A stretch of DNA of 64,000 nucleotides, taken from assembly GCA_951406725.2 (NCBI GenBank), contig OX597830.1:53692001-53756000 (forward strand). The letters are read 5' to 3'. The first letter of the stretch is position 1. Each line of letters begins with the position of its first letter. The notes under the pieces were generated by a model. The model was not told the DNA's origin. It was given only the letters and a program-made list of their open reading frames with translations, and did not search any database. The DNA is from Octopus vulgaris (taxonomy: Eukaryota). This document shows, one piece after another, positions 1-12,422 of this stretch. The translations under genes were made by a program, and so were the position numbers.

Positions 1-201
1 TTTTATTCTTTTCATTATCCTTCCTATCTCTTTTCTGATTGTTTGCTTCTTTTTTTTTTTCTATCTTTTATTCATTTATTGAGCTATCAAATACTCAATG
101 TCTGTTCATATCTTGTAATCTTGTAGTTGTGATTATGATAAGAGTTACAGCGGTGGTTGTAGTGGTGCTGGTGGTAGTAGTAGTTGCTTACAGGTCAGAT
201 T

Positions 202-610
202 AAGGTGGCGAGCTGGCAGAATCGTTAGAACGTTGGGCGAAATGCTTAGCGGTATTTTGCCTGCCGTTACGTTCTGAGTTCAAATTCCACTGAGGTCAAC
301 TTTGCCTTTCATCCTTTTGGTGTCGATAAATTAAGTACCAGTTACGCACTGGGGTTGATATGATCGACTTAATCCCTTTGTCTATACTTGTTTGTCCTCT
401 CTTTTAGCCCCTTGTGGGTAGTAAAGAAATAGGTATTTCGCCTGCCATTATGTTCTGAGTTCAAATTCCGCCGAGGTCGACTTTGCCTTTCATCCTTTCG
501 GGGTCGATAAATTAAGTACCAGTTATGCACTGGGGTTGATATGATCGACTTAATCCCTTTGTCCTTGTTTGTCCTCTCTGTGTTTAGCCCCTTGTGGGTA
601 GTAAAGAAAT
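202..610 (+). mobile_element. tRNA-derived SINE family A (tail A1): full copy plus a second headless body
   Basis: Head GGTGGCGAGCTGGCAGAA with B-box GAGTTCAAATTCC; core GCCTTTCATCCTTT..GTCGATAAATTAAGTACCAG; tail ..AGCCCCTTGTGGGTAGTAAAGAAAT. Second body restarts at AGGTATTTCG (~431). TSD AGGTCAGATT at 192-201 and 611-620. Confidence 0.9.
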
Positions 611-1016
611 AGGTCAGATTCACAGATTTTGTTTGTTTATTGGGTAGGGGGTACTGAAAGCTGGTGTTAATGGTTGTGGTGGTCTTACTAGTGTTGATAA
701 TGGTGTTGTTGTTGTTTAAGCTTAGATCAGTTTTAGGTGTTTCTAGACATGACCATCCTGTTGTTTTCAAATGTTGTACATGGAACCCAGCCACATTATC
801 CAATGTTTTCTTGTCTTAGATAGCAGAATATGATTTGAGGGGAAGTTGGCTGTTATTTCTTACAGGTCAGATAACCATTAGAGTCTTCCTCATTTGCTTC
901 CGAAGACGGTGTTGTTATTGGTCACTATGGTATCAGTATTATTTTGATGAGGGCATGGTTGTTATGTTGTTGGCAGAGGTGTCCATTATCATCATCATCA
1001 ACTTTGAATGTCTATT

Positions 1017-1131
1017 TTCTTATTTCTTTATTGCCCACAAGGGCTAAACATAGAGGGGACAAACAAGGACAGACAAAGGGATTAAGTCGATTACATTGAC
1101 TCCAGTACGTAACTGGTACTTAATTTATCGA
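1017..1131 (-). mobile_element. SINE A 3' half (tail A1)
   Basis: Reverse complement of the core and tail; abuts the truncated transposase. Confidence 0.85.
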
Positions 1132-1671
1132 CTGTGCATAGTCCCGTGGCTTCAACTGTTGCCCAACGACCAATTTGTACAGGTGGAAATGCAAGTCTTC
1201 ATGCAAAATAAGCCTTACCGATTGATTACTGATGCCAATTCCAGTGGAATGCCTCTGAGAAGAGTGATTTGGACTCTGTATCAAAGCTTGTCTGATGTGT
1301 TCCACATTTTCCGGGGTCCATACCATTTGTGGCACCCCCACTGGTCTCCTGTTCATTAGTGCACCTTGTGTACGAAGTGCAATCACCCAACGTAGGATTG
1401 CGTTATGGGTGGGAGCAGCTTGATTTTGGTGAATGTTGAAGTTGTGCCAAGACTTATGCTGAATTGCTGTGACAGACTTGTTATTCTTCATGTAACTGTT
1501 GTAGGCAAACACGCGATGCTTTATCGTCCACAGTGCCATGGCTTCACCTGAAAAGAAAAAAAAAGATGTTAAGACACCATGGACCGAATGGTACCTGTCA
1601 GAGATATGTCCTTCCTCCTGGGGCTGAGTAATAGCCATTTCAAAAACGTCTGTCCTCTCTGCCCCACTCTG
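1132..1671 (-). mobile_element. Tc1/mariner-superfamily transposon 5' remnant (N-terminal HTH region of transposase, ATG at 1539)
   Basis: MALWTIKHRVF..NKSVTAIQ..PTHNAILRWV..TPENVEHIRQALIQSPNHSSQR..ISNQSVRLILHEDLHFHLYKL is a typical mariner-like HTH. Terminus TA|CAGAGTGGGGCA at 1671. Catalytic domain missing. Confidence 0.85.
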
Positions 1672-2949
1672 TACTAGTATTGAAGAAGATGATGATAATG
1701 TGTGTGTGTGCATGCGCATCTTTTAAATCTCTTGGTCCCCATGAAAAGTTGTGAGCTATAGACAGTGATGAATATCATTCTCAAGTCAACAAAATCACCC
1801 TCTAGCTCTGGGTTTTCATAGACTGTGTTATAAAAAATCCCTTACTAAAACACGTAGAAAAAAAGCAGCTGAGTGTTACCAACAGGAAGGGTATCCAACT
1901 GTAAAACAATTCCTTCATATTTATTCAATCAAATGGATATCCCCAGCCCTCATCCATCACACTTTACATCCACCCTTCAACCCTATCCAGTTTTTACAGT
2001 TGTTACTTACCTCCCATTTTCTCATTTTTACTCCCTCTCCCTCTTGCACACTTTGCAATTCTCCCCCACCAATCCTAGTTCCTCTTTTTCTACCCACTTC
2101 TACTCACCTTGTACCTTGAGGAGTCACAAGGACACCTCATCACAACCGTTGACTTCTTTGCAGTTCATATTGAGCGTCTCACCTCTTTTAAATGTGAGTA
2201 ACTATGTAGCCCCTAAACAAGAACCTGCTCTTCTCCACCCTTAGTATTGAGCTGCCCTTCCTTCCACCTCAGATTTCAGTCTTGTAACTTGCATGGCAAC
2301 CTTACTAGTGCTGGTGGCATGAAAGTCGCACCCAGTAAGTACATAGTGTAAAGTCGTTGGTGTTAGGAAGGGCATTCAATTATAGAAACCATGCCAAAGC
2401 AGACTGGCGTAATGATTGTGAGTGTGTGTATGCATGTGCCTCCTTGTCTTGATATTAGGTGATAGCTGGAGAAAAATGTGTGTGTGTGTGTGTGTGATAG
2501 ATCATGGGGTTGCATGTTTTATCTAAGACGTTGTTAATTATCTGAGTGTCTGATAGAATTAAAAAAAAAGAATATTTTCATCATACTTATCAACAATTTC
2601 CATATGTGAGTATGTGTGCTAATGTGTGTGAAAGAGAGAGAGTGAGGGAGAGAGAGAGAAAGGTAACGTAAGAGAGTGAGTGTGTGTGAATGCAGTTGTG
2701 TACATCGTTGAGACGTATATGTTTATGTATTTGTCTGTATATACGTCTGTGTGCATATGTTTGCATGTGTACATGACATGCATGTCTAAGGCTGTGTGTG
2801 TGTGTTTTTTTATGAATTGTGCTTTTAATGAAGTTTGTTAATGTTGTTTATACAAAGCCTATGTTCCTGTTTTATTTAAATAGAAACAGACTTTCTTAAG
2901 AGGATGTAATGGAGAAATTATGTTTTGAGGAGAAATCAATACAGCAGCT

Positions 2950-2960
2950 GGATAATAATG

Positions 2961-2992
<32 letters not shown>

Positions 2993-3377
2993 TTGAATTT
3001 TGTCACAAGGCCAGCAATTGGGGAGGAAGTAGTTGATTACTGGTACTTTTATTGACCTTGAAAGGATGAAAACCAAAGTTGACTTTGGCAGTATTTGAAC
3101 TCAAAATGTTATGTGCTGAAGAAACGCCACTAAGCATTTTTTATAATGCCCTAATGATTCTGTTAGCTTACTACCATAATAACTTTTTTCTATAGGCACA
3201 AGGCCTGAAATTTTGGGTGAGAGGGTTAGTTAATTACGACTCCAGTGCCCAACTGGTACTTATTTCATCAAGCCTGAAAGGACGACCTTGGCAGAAACTG
3301 AACTCTGGACATAAACATGGGTGAAATGCTGTTGAACATGTTGCCTGGCATGCTAACAATTCTGACAACTTGCCTTC

Positions 3378-3411
<34 letters not shown>

Positions 3412-3565
3412 GAATGATAATAATCCTTTGTGCTATAGGCACAAGGCCTGAAATTTTGTGGGAGGAAGTAAGTTGATTATTTTGACCCGAGTGCATAGCT
3501 GGTACTTATTTCATCGACCCTGAAAGGATGAAAGGCAAAGTCAACCTCAGCAGGATTTGAATATC
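2950..3565 (-). mobile_element. Head-to-tail array of three older SINE A copies (tail A2) separated by (TAA)n
   Basis: Repeated GGCACAAGGCCTGAAATT..CTGGTACTT..GATGAAAGGCAAAG..TTTGAACTC units with (AAT)n tracts. Confidence 0.8.
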
Positions 3566-3579
3566 AAAATTGAACCAAA

Positions 3580-4050
3580 TTCGATGACTGGCACCTGGCT
3601 GTTGCCAGTGCCGCTGGACTGACTCCTGTGCAAGTCGCAAGTAAAGAAACACCGTTTCGACCCTGTGCTTGAGGAGACCTATTGAGTCAAGTACATCAAC
3701 ATCAAAAATCAGTGGAAATTGTAGTTGTGATCCCTGTGCCGGTGGCACGTAAAAAGCACCATCCGAACATGGCTGATGCCAGCGCTGCCTTGACTGGCTT
3801 CTGTGCTGGACACATAAAAAGCACCACCCGGTCACGGCCTTGCCAGCCTCGCCTGGCACCTGTGCTGGTGGCACGTAAAAAGCACCCACTACACTCACGG
3901 AGTGATTGGCGTTAGGAAGGGCATCCAGCTGTAGAAACACTGCCAGATCAGACTGGAGCCTGGTGCAGCCTTCTGGCTTCCCAGACCCTGGTCAAACCGT
4001 CCAACTCATGCTAGCATGGAAAACGGATGTTTAAACGATGATGATGATTA
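3580..4050 (+). mobile_element. RTE LINE 3' UTR fragment with internal hairpin repeats
   Basis: GTGGCACGTAAAAAGCAC repeats, GGCGTTAGGAAGGGCATCCAGCTGTAGAAAC and a (GAT)n tail. The same UTR is attached to RT coding sequence at 8385-9290 and 40887-41830. Confidence 0.8.
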
Positions 4051-5289
4051 TGATGATATGTAAAGATGGATGAAATGCCACGAAGCATTTCGCTTACTAA
4101 CAATTCTGCCTGCTCAAGATTGTTGTTTCACATAGGTATAAGGCCTGAAATTAGCAAGGGAAGGTTAATTAATATTGCCAATCCTAATTCTCGATCAACT
4201 TCGTTATTAAGGATTTTGAACAAAGCATAAGTCAACAAAGAAAATATTGATCAAATTCATCTCTTTTTATACTTGGGATTGTATTTTATTCTATTGACCC
4301 TGAATAGAGATAAGATAAATTTTATCCTTGTGAGATTTGAACTCTGACTATAAACAGCCATAATTAGTAAAAATATTACTATCCTTTTGTTCAATCTTTA
4401 ATCTTTTATTTGTATCAGTCATTAGTCTGTGGTCATGTTGAATGTATTGACTCTAGTACTTAGTTTTTTAAAGCCTGGTACTTATTCTATCAGTCTCCCT
4501 TGCTGAGCTGCTGAGTTACAGGGATGTAAGCACACCAGAACTAGCTGTCATCTATATTTATTTTTTAAATACACACACACACATTGAACAGTAAAGGATG
4601 TGTTCTGATAAGAAATCAATCAATACAGTAATTACTGATAATATTAATGATGTTGATATTGGATGATGATGATGATGATGTGATATTGATAATATGATGA
4701 TGATGGTTTCTTTAGTGCTACATGGGCAGTGAGTGAGGCACACTTTACAAGGCACAGGAAAACGTGTGAGCTTGCGTATGCGTATACATGCATGTGTGTG
4801 TGTGTGGGGGGGGGTTGCATTAATTGCAAAAAGAAATGAAGCAAATACAATAGGCTGCACTGTAATAAGAACGTATTTAATAGCGAACAAAAGTGGAAGG
4901 GGTCAGTGATGATGGCGGCGGTGGTGGGGACGAGGACGGTAGTGATAGCATGTTGCTATTGATCCTTCTTCAACTCATAAAGACTTCGTTAGACATTTGT
5001 TGCTATTTAATTTGTTTCATAAAGCAGATTGATCACTTTTAAAGCTTTTCTGGTAAAAGAAAAAAAATGAATAAATGATTTTATTTTATTTATTTTTTTT
5101 ATATATCAACATGGTTGTATAAGGCCATGTAGTCTTGGGTTCAGTTCCAGCGCTTGGCACCTTAGGCAAGTGTCTTCAACTCTGGTAATAACTGGCTCAA
5201 AGTCTTGCTAAGTGGATTCTGAAAGAAGCCTGTTGTACGTGTGTGTCTTGTACTGATGTCATATGATGGTTGTAAATGAGCATTTCTTT

Positions 5290-5790
5290 TATACTATTAA
5301 GCATTCACCTGGCAAGCTAACGATACTGCCAGCTCATCCAAATTTTGGTACAAGGCCAGCAATTTCAGGTGAGGGGCTAAGTTGATTACATTGGTCACAG
5401 TGTTCAACTGGTGCTTGTTTTATTGACCCTGGAAGGATGAAAGGCAAGGTTGACCTTGGTGGAATTTGAACTCAGAACGTAGTGATGGACAAAATGCTGC
5501 TAAGCATTTTGCTTGGCATGCAAATGATTCTGCTGACTCATCTTAATAATAATAATAATAATAATAATGATGATGATTTCAAATTTTGACACAAGGCCAG
5601 CAATTTTGAGGGAGTGGGTAAGCAGATTACATCAACCCCAGTGTTCAACTGGTACCTATTTCATTGACCCCAAAAAGGTTTGTATGGCAAAGTGGACCTT
5701 GGTAGAATTTGAACTCAGAATGTGAAGACAGATAAAATGCCACTAAGTATTTTGCTTTGTGCTAACACTTCTGCCAGCTTGCTATCTTAT
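5290..5790 (-). mobile_element. Tandem SINE A (tail A2) copies
   Basis: Two near-complete units separated by (AAT)n. Confidence 0.8.
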
Positions 5791-6373
5791 ATAATAACGA
5801 TGATGATAATAACTTAAAACAAATAAATGAATAAAACAACAAGATTAAAGAAACAAAACTACCACAGAAACATGGTGCTTTTGAAGTTCCTTGTGTTGGG
5901 TTAGACTTAACAACGTTAACCGCTATGAGTGATGATGGTGGTGATAATGATGATATCTCTTCACTCCCCATTAGTTTCTTTAACTCTCACTATCTCGCCC
6001 CCCCCCCCACATCAACATTTTCCTTAGATTCAAACACTTTTTTCTTTCTTTATCCATTCAAATTTTAAATCCAAATTGTTCATTGATATTTATATTTCTT
6101 CAATATGCTCCACTACACACTGTCATTCTTTCGCAACTGTTTTTTTGGGGCGACTTGTTCTTGTTTCAGTTCTGTCTTTTTGAAAAGATTAATTTATTTC
6201 ATTTTATAATTTCCATTAATCTAACTTAATGTTTAAGGATTAATAAATAGAAAACTTGCACCAATAAAAACAATTACTCTTTGGTTTTTCTCTTGGGTTT
6301 CTATTTCAAAATATATAGCAAACTTATTAAAATTTTTTCTACTCTACTTTACTCGCCCTCCCCTCTCTCTCTT

Positions 6374-6374
6374 T

Positions 6375-6424
<50 letters not shown>

Positions 6425-7213
6425 TATTTGTATATATATATGTATATATATATATATGTGTATATATGTATATATATATGTATATGTGTATATATGTATT
6501 TGTGTATATATGTATATATGTATATATGTGTATATATGTATTTGTGTATATATGTATTTGTGTATATATGTATATATATATATTTTGTGTATATATGTAT
6601 ATATATATATTTGTGTATATATGTATATATATATATATGTGTATATATGTATTTGTGTATATATGTATATATATATATGTGTGTATATATGTATTTGTGT
6701 ATATATGTATATATATATATATGTGTATATATGTATATATATATATATGTGTGTATATATGTATGTATATATATATATATATGTGTGTATATATGTATGT
6801 ATATATATATATATGTGTGTATATATGTATGTATATATATATATGTGTGTATATATGTATGTATATATATATATGTGTGTATATATGTATGTATATATAT
6901 ATATGTGTGTATATATGTATGTATATATATATATATATATGTGTGTATATATGTATGTATATATATATATGTGTGTATATATGTGTGTATATATATATAT
7001 GTGTGTATATGTGTGTATATATGTATATATATATATGTGTGTGTATATATATATGTGTATGTATATATATATGTGTATATGTGTGTGTATATATATATGT
7101 GTATATATGTATGTATATATATATGTGTATATATGTATGTATATATATATGTGTATATATGTATGTATATATATGTGTATATATGTATGTATATATATGT
7201 GTATATATGTATG

Positions 7214-7252
<39 letters not shown>

Positions 7253-7326
7253 GTGTATATATATATATATATGTGTATATATATATGTATGTATGTGTAT
7301 ATATATATATATATGTGTATATATGT

Positions 7327-7357
<31 letters not shown>

Positions 7358-7449
7358 TATATATATATATGTGTATATATATATGTATGTATGTGTATAT
7401 ATATATATGTGTATATATATATGTATGTGTATGTGTATATATATATATA

Positions 7450-7512
<63 letters not shown>
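6374..7512. repeat. Compound (TA)n/(TG)n microsatellite, about 1.1 kb
   Basis: Near-pure alternating purine-pyrimidine sequence with higher-order units of about 30 bp. Confidence 0.97.
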
Positions 7513-7514
<2 letters not shown>

Positions 7515-8384
7515 GAAGAGAGGGGGAGTAGTTAAGTGGAGTAGAAAAATTTATGGGTGTGTGTGGGTGGGTGTATATATATGTGTGGGCATATATTTAT
7601 GTGTGTGTGTATATGTGTGTGTATACGTGTGTGTGTATTTTCTGCCATTTTTTTTTTCTGAAATGTAAATGAATGCTATGAGAATTTTGGAATGTTTGTG
7701 TTGCAAAAGGTGGTTCTTTGTATACAACTGCAATAAATTACCATCAACACAATAAATTCTCTGAAATGTTTAACTTAGCCTGCTTTCCTGACTTTCCCAA
7801 TTGTTACTTTTACCAAAATAAACAAACAAACAAGCAAACAAACAGATAAACAGACAAAATTCATATATAAATTAAATACCATCAGAATTTTGTTTTCTAT
7901 ATTTGTTCTTTTATTTCATGACCTCTTTGTTTGTTTGTTTCTCCCCCTTTCTTTGCTTCCATCCATATTCTTTGTACATAAATGGTGAACCACTTCTACT
8001 TTAGAATGTAGAAGCCAAGTCTAAAACAATAGAAACGAAAAATAGTTAAAGCGCTTACAGTATTTCTTACTAGGAGTGGTGGGCAGCTGTGGCCCACTCG
8101 GTCTTGTTACCATTTCTGCAACTCATGTCATTGTGGAAATAAACAAAAATAAGAAACAAATAAAAGCATCTGCTGACAGAACAATGGAAACAATGATAAT
8201 GATGATAATATTGATAACAACATCCTAATGCTCTGTAATCTGAGTTCAAAACCCACCGAGGTCATCTTTGTTACTCATTCTCTTTTGTGTGTGTGTGTTG
8301 CATTGTCTAAGGCACCATCACAGAAATAAGTGTTGTTGATTCTTTTTAGTGCATACTTTGTTAATATTGATTCATGATGATCAT

Positions 8385-9290
8385 CATCGTCATTTAACAT
8401 CTGCTTTCCATGCTGGCATGGGTTGGACGGTTTGACTGAGGGCTGGCTAGCCAGAAGGCTGCACCAGGCTCCAATCTGATCTGTCAAAGTTTCTACAGCT
8501 GGACACCCTTCCTAATGCTAACTGCTCCAATAGTGTAGTGGGTGCTTTTTACGTGCCACCAGCATGAGGGCCAGTCAGCCGGCACTGGCATCGACCATGC
8601 TCGAATGGTGATTATTATGTGCCACGCTCAAATGGTGCTTTTTATGTACCACCAGCATGGGAGCCAGTCAGGCGGTACCTGCAATGATCATGCTCGAATG
8701 GTGCTTTTTATGTGCCAATCAAGCAGTACTGTCATCTGCCACAACAATGACTTCACTTGCCTCAACAGGTCTTTGCAAGTGCAGTTTATTGCCCAATGAG
8801 TGAAGGGTACTCTTTTTAGGGCCAGTTATGCTGCACTGGCATAGGCCATGGTTATGGTTTCATTTGGCTTGCTGGGTCTTCTCAAGCACAGCATATCTCC
8901 AAAGGTCTCGGTCAATTGTCATTGCCCCTGTGATGCCCAGCATTTGAAGGTTGTGCTTCACCACCTCATCACAGGTCTTCTTGGGTCTACCTCTTCCACA
9001 GGTTCCCTCAACTGCTCGGCTGTGGCACTTCTTTACACAGCTGTCCTCATCCATATGCAACACATGACCATACCAGTGCAGTCGTCTCTCTTGCACACTG
9101 CATTTGATGCTTCTTATGTCCAACTTTTCTCTCAGGGTGCTTACACTCTGTTGTGTATGTATGCACACTGACATTACACATCCAGCAGAGCATACTAGCT
9201 TCACTCCTTGCAAGCTTACGCATGTCCTCAACAATCACAGCCCATGTTTCACTGCCATGTAGCATGGCTGTTCACACACATGCGTCATAC
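8385..9290 (-). mobile_element. 5'-truncated RTE-clade LINE (ORF C-terminus plus 3' UTR)
   Basis: MLHGSETWA..MLCWMCNVS..LREKL..ERRLHWYGHVLHM..GRGRPKKT.DEVVK.NL..DRDLWR, frameshifted, followed by the 3' UTR and (GAT)n tail. Confidence 0.9.
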
Positions 9291-9556
9291 AAAGCCTTGT
9301 GAGTGGATTTGGTGGATGGAAACTGAAGGAAGCCTGTCGTATATATGTATGTGTGTCTGTGTTTGTCCCCCCAACATCGCTTGACAACCGATGGTGGCGT
9401 GTTTTACATCCCCGTAACTTAGCGGTTCAGTGAAAGAGACCACTTAAATAAGTACTAGGCTTACAAAGAATTTGTCCTGGGGTCGATTTGCTCAACTGAA
9501 GGTGGTACTCCAGCATGGCCGCAGTCAAATGACTGAAACAAGTAAAAGAGTAAATG
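9291..9556 (+). mobile_element. SINE B 3' half (tail B1)
   Basis: Matches 12540-12670 plus 14139-14291; ends ATGACTGAAACAAGTAAAAGAGTAAA. Confidence 0.85.
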
Positions 9557-10968
9557 AATGAATAAATGACAATAATAAATGAGTGTGGAAAAGAGGGAGA
9601 AATAGGGAGAGTTGGATTGAGTGAAGAGACCTTAAGATTTTTCTGTAAACATACAGTATGGAAGACGAAACTGTCTTTACATAGATAATATAATGAAATG
9701 GAATAATAAAGTAATTATGATAATTATTTGTGCTGAAAAAGAGATTTTACATGTGTGCTAGGTTGGAAAACAAGGTTGCTTATCTGAACATCTCATTTCT
9801 ACTCCTTGTGGCGAGGTATTAAAATATGATTGTGGATGTAAATTGCTGTTTGGACATCCCTACATGTTTTGTAAACCATTTTCCTCATATATTATTGCAT
9901 GAATGAATGGGCCCTTATGAATCCTTGGACAAAACGCTTATTGGCATTTCTTTTGGCTCTATACCCTTTGAGTTCAAATCCCACTGTAGTTAACTTTGCC
10001 TTTCATCCTCTCAGGGTCAATAAATTAAGTACCAGTAAAGTACTGCAGTCGATGTGATTGTTTGTACCCCTCCCCACTAAAATCCAGGCCTTGTGCCTAT
10101 AATAGAAAAGATTATTATTATTATAGTAGGGTCTGCTTGCTGAATTTTTAAAACATTTGAAAACATTTTTATGTATTTTTTTAATGCTTTTTGTTGTTGT
10201 TATTTTCAATTATTTCATCCTTTCTCCCTCTTCCTTCCTCTCATCACATCCACTTCAAATATAATTCCCTATTGAGATAAAAAAAACAACAAACATGGAG
10301 AAGCCATGTTGTGGAAATTTCAGCTGGTTATTAGCTCTCCATCTTTCCTCCCTCTCTTTATTATACATGCATACACCCCCTCATTGGCTCGGCTATATTG
10401 TTAGTTAACTCTCGGTTCAAACATCTGCTCTTTGTACTCAATCTAATAATTACTATTGTTGTTGCTGCTGCTGTTGTTACACAATAAAGCACTTCTTTAT
10501 AGATGTCTCTTCTATGTACACGAGCGCACGCACACTCTCACACCTACACATATACACTTAAGAGACCTTTTGCTTTCAAACACTCACCTCTGACAGAAAC
10601 CTTTCATTTGTGCACTCACTCATGCACTTAGATGTGTACACATGCATCCCATCGCATCCACCTCATCCCTCCGACACATACTCGTACTTGACAGATGCTT
10701 CATTCAACATGCATGCTCACATTCATACATTCGCACACAAACCTATGCATACACACACAGAGACATGCACTTATTCTAGTCTCTTGGTTAAGATCAAAGT
10801 GTAGTGTGATTTTATTACCATGTGTGTGTGTGTAATGATTTTGCTTATACATAGTGATACTAATAACCAGTTGTTAGAACTTTGTGTTTTAGAGTAAAGT
10901 GTCAGGAGAGTACAGTGTGTAATATCAATTAGTGAATGATAAAACAATAGGAGTTACATAATCAATTT

Positions 10969-11057
10969 CATTGCCTTACAGTTGTTTCTGCTATAAGTAG
11001 CAGTGCAGTCAATGCTGTTTGCTTGTGCAGCATCTTATAGCTTCCTCAAAGCCATGC
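10969..11057 (-). ncRNA. Degenerate type-I hammerhead ribozyme (Penelope-type)
   Basis: Minus strand: tTGAGGA-a-GCTATAAG...CTTATAGC-a-GAAAC-aact-GTA. Perfect 8-bp stem II; core C3 mutated; imperfect stem I. Confidence 0.5.
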
Positions 11058-11218
11058 ACTGCTTCAATATGGGTTAAAGATAACTCTAGAGCAAATCAAC
11101 TATAGGCATATATGCATACACTCACACACGTGTGTTCATGTGCATGTGTGTATATATACATGTGTTTATGTATAATTAGGTAGATAAATGTGTGTGTATA
11201 CACACACATATACACATA

Positions 11219-11331
11219 TAGTTGAACCTCAGTTTAGAAACACCTCTCTTCACAAACAAATTGGTTTCAAACATTTTGGATGATAAACATCCTTCAAGAA
11301 TGAATTAAATTCATAAATCGAGGTTCCACTC
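11219..11331. mobile_element. pogo/Tigger-like MITE
   Basis: Imperfect TIR (t)AGTTGAACCTC...GAGGTTCCACT next to TA, resembling CAGTGGAACCTCG termini. Confidence 0.6.
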
Positions 11332-11354
11332 TGTGTGTGTGTGTGTGTGTATAC

Positions 11355-11390
<36 letters not shown>

Positions 11391-11420
11391 ATACATATAT
11401 ATATGTGTGTGTGTGTATAC

Positions 11421-11452
<32 letters not shown>

Positions 11453-11453
<1 letters not shown>

Positions 11454-11762
11454 GAGGTGCAATGGCCCAGTAGTTAGGGCAGCGGACTTGCGGTTGTAGG
11501 ATCGCTGTTTTGATTCCCAGACCGGGCATTGTAAGTGTTTATTGAGCGAAGACACTTAAAAGCTCCATGAGGCTCCGGCAGGGGGTGGTGGCGATCCCTG
11601 CTGTACTCTTTCGCCACAACTTTCTCTCACTCTTTCTTCTGTTGGCCTGCTCTCTTAGCCAGCGGGGTGGCGTCATTTGAAGGCTAAAACAATGCGAAGC
11701 GCATTGTGACCAGCTATGTGTAGCAACATCTGATAGCTTGGTCGGTCACGGTGATCATGGTG
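11453..11762 (+). mobile_element. tRNA-derived SINE family C
   Basis: A-box-like TGGCCCAGTAGTTAGG, decayed B box TTTGATTCCC and a GC-rich body. Its tail recurs at 29691-29879 (-) between 11-bp duplications ATGACAGTGAT. Confidence 0.75.
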
Positions 11763-12116
11763 GTATATACATATATGTATGTTATAGTCATGCAAATATT
11801 TTTCATTGTTTGAAATGTTCCAAGAAAACATGTCTGGTCAAAAGGAAATGTTACCTTACCTGGAAACAAGTGAGTGTTTGTAACAGGAAGAACGTATCTG
11901 GCCATAGAAAATTTGTCTCAATAAATTCTGTCCAACCCATGCAGGTATGGGAAAATGGACATTGAAACAATTCTTATATGTAGGTGCATGTATGGTTCTG
12001 TGGTGGAGAAACTTGGTTCGCAGCTGCATGGTTTTGGATTCAGTCTTGCTGCACAACATCTTGGGGAAACATCTATAACCCTGGGTCAACCAAAGTCTTG
12101 AAAGAAGCTTGTCAGT

Positions 12117-12164
<48 letters not shown>

Positions 12165-12422
12165 TGTGTGTGTGAGTGAGTGAGTGTGTAAGCAATGTTG
12201 TTTGTTTTCCGTCTTCCTTGAAAAATTCATCTGGCCAAGGGGAAATATTACCTTACTTGGAACAAACTTCATGTGACCCATGAAGCATGAAAAAGTGAAC
12301 ATGAAAACGACATCAGTGACAACTGTAATGATGATATACATTTATGTATATATGTGTAGCTATGATGATGATGATGATGATGATGCCATACATATATGTG
12401 TGTTAATATATAAAAGCTAGTA

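Noticed and set aside
369-803. ORFs containing YRPRKDERQSRPRRNLNSE (several in the track)
   Set aside because: Antisense translation of SINE A, not a protein family.
6428-7668. 350-400 aa ORFs (also 45072-46687, 35272-35766)
   Set aside because: Translations of (TA/TG)n microsatellite composed of Y/I/C/V/M only; open in all frames.
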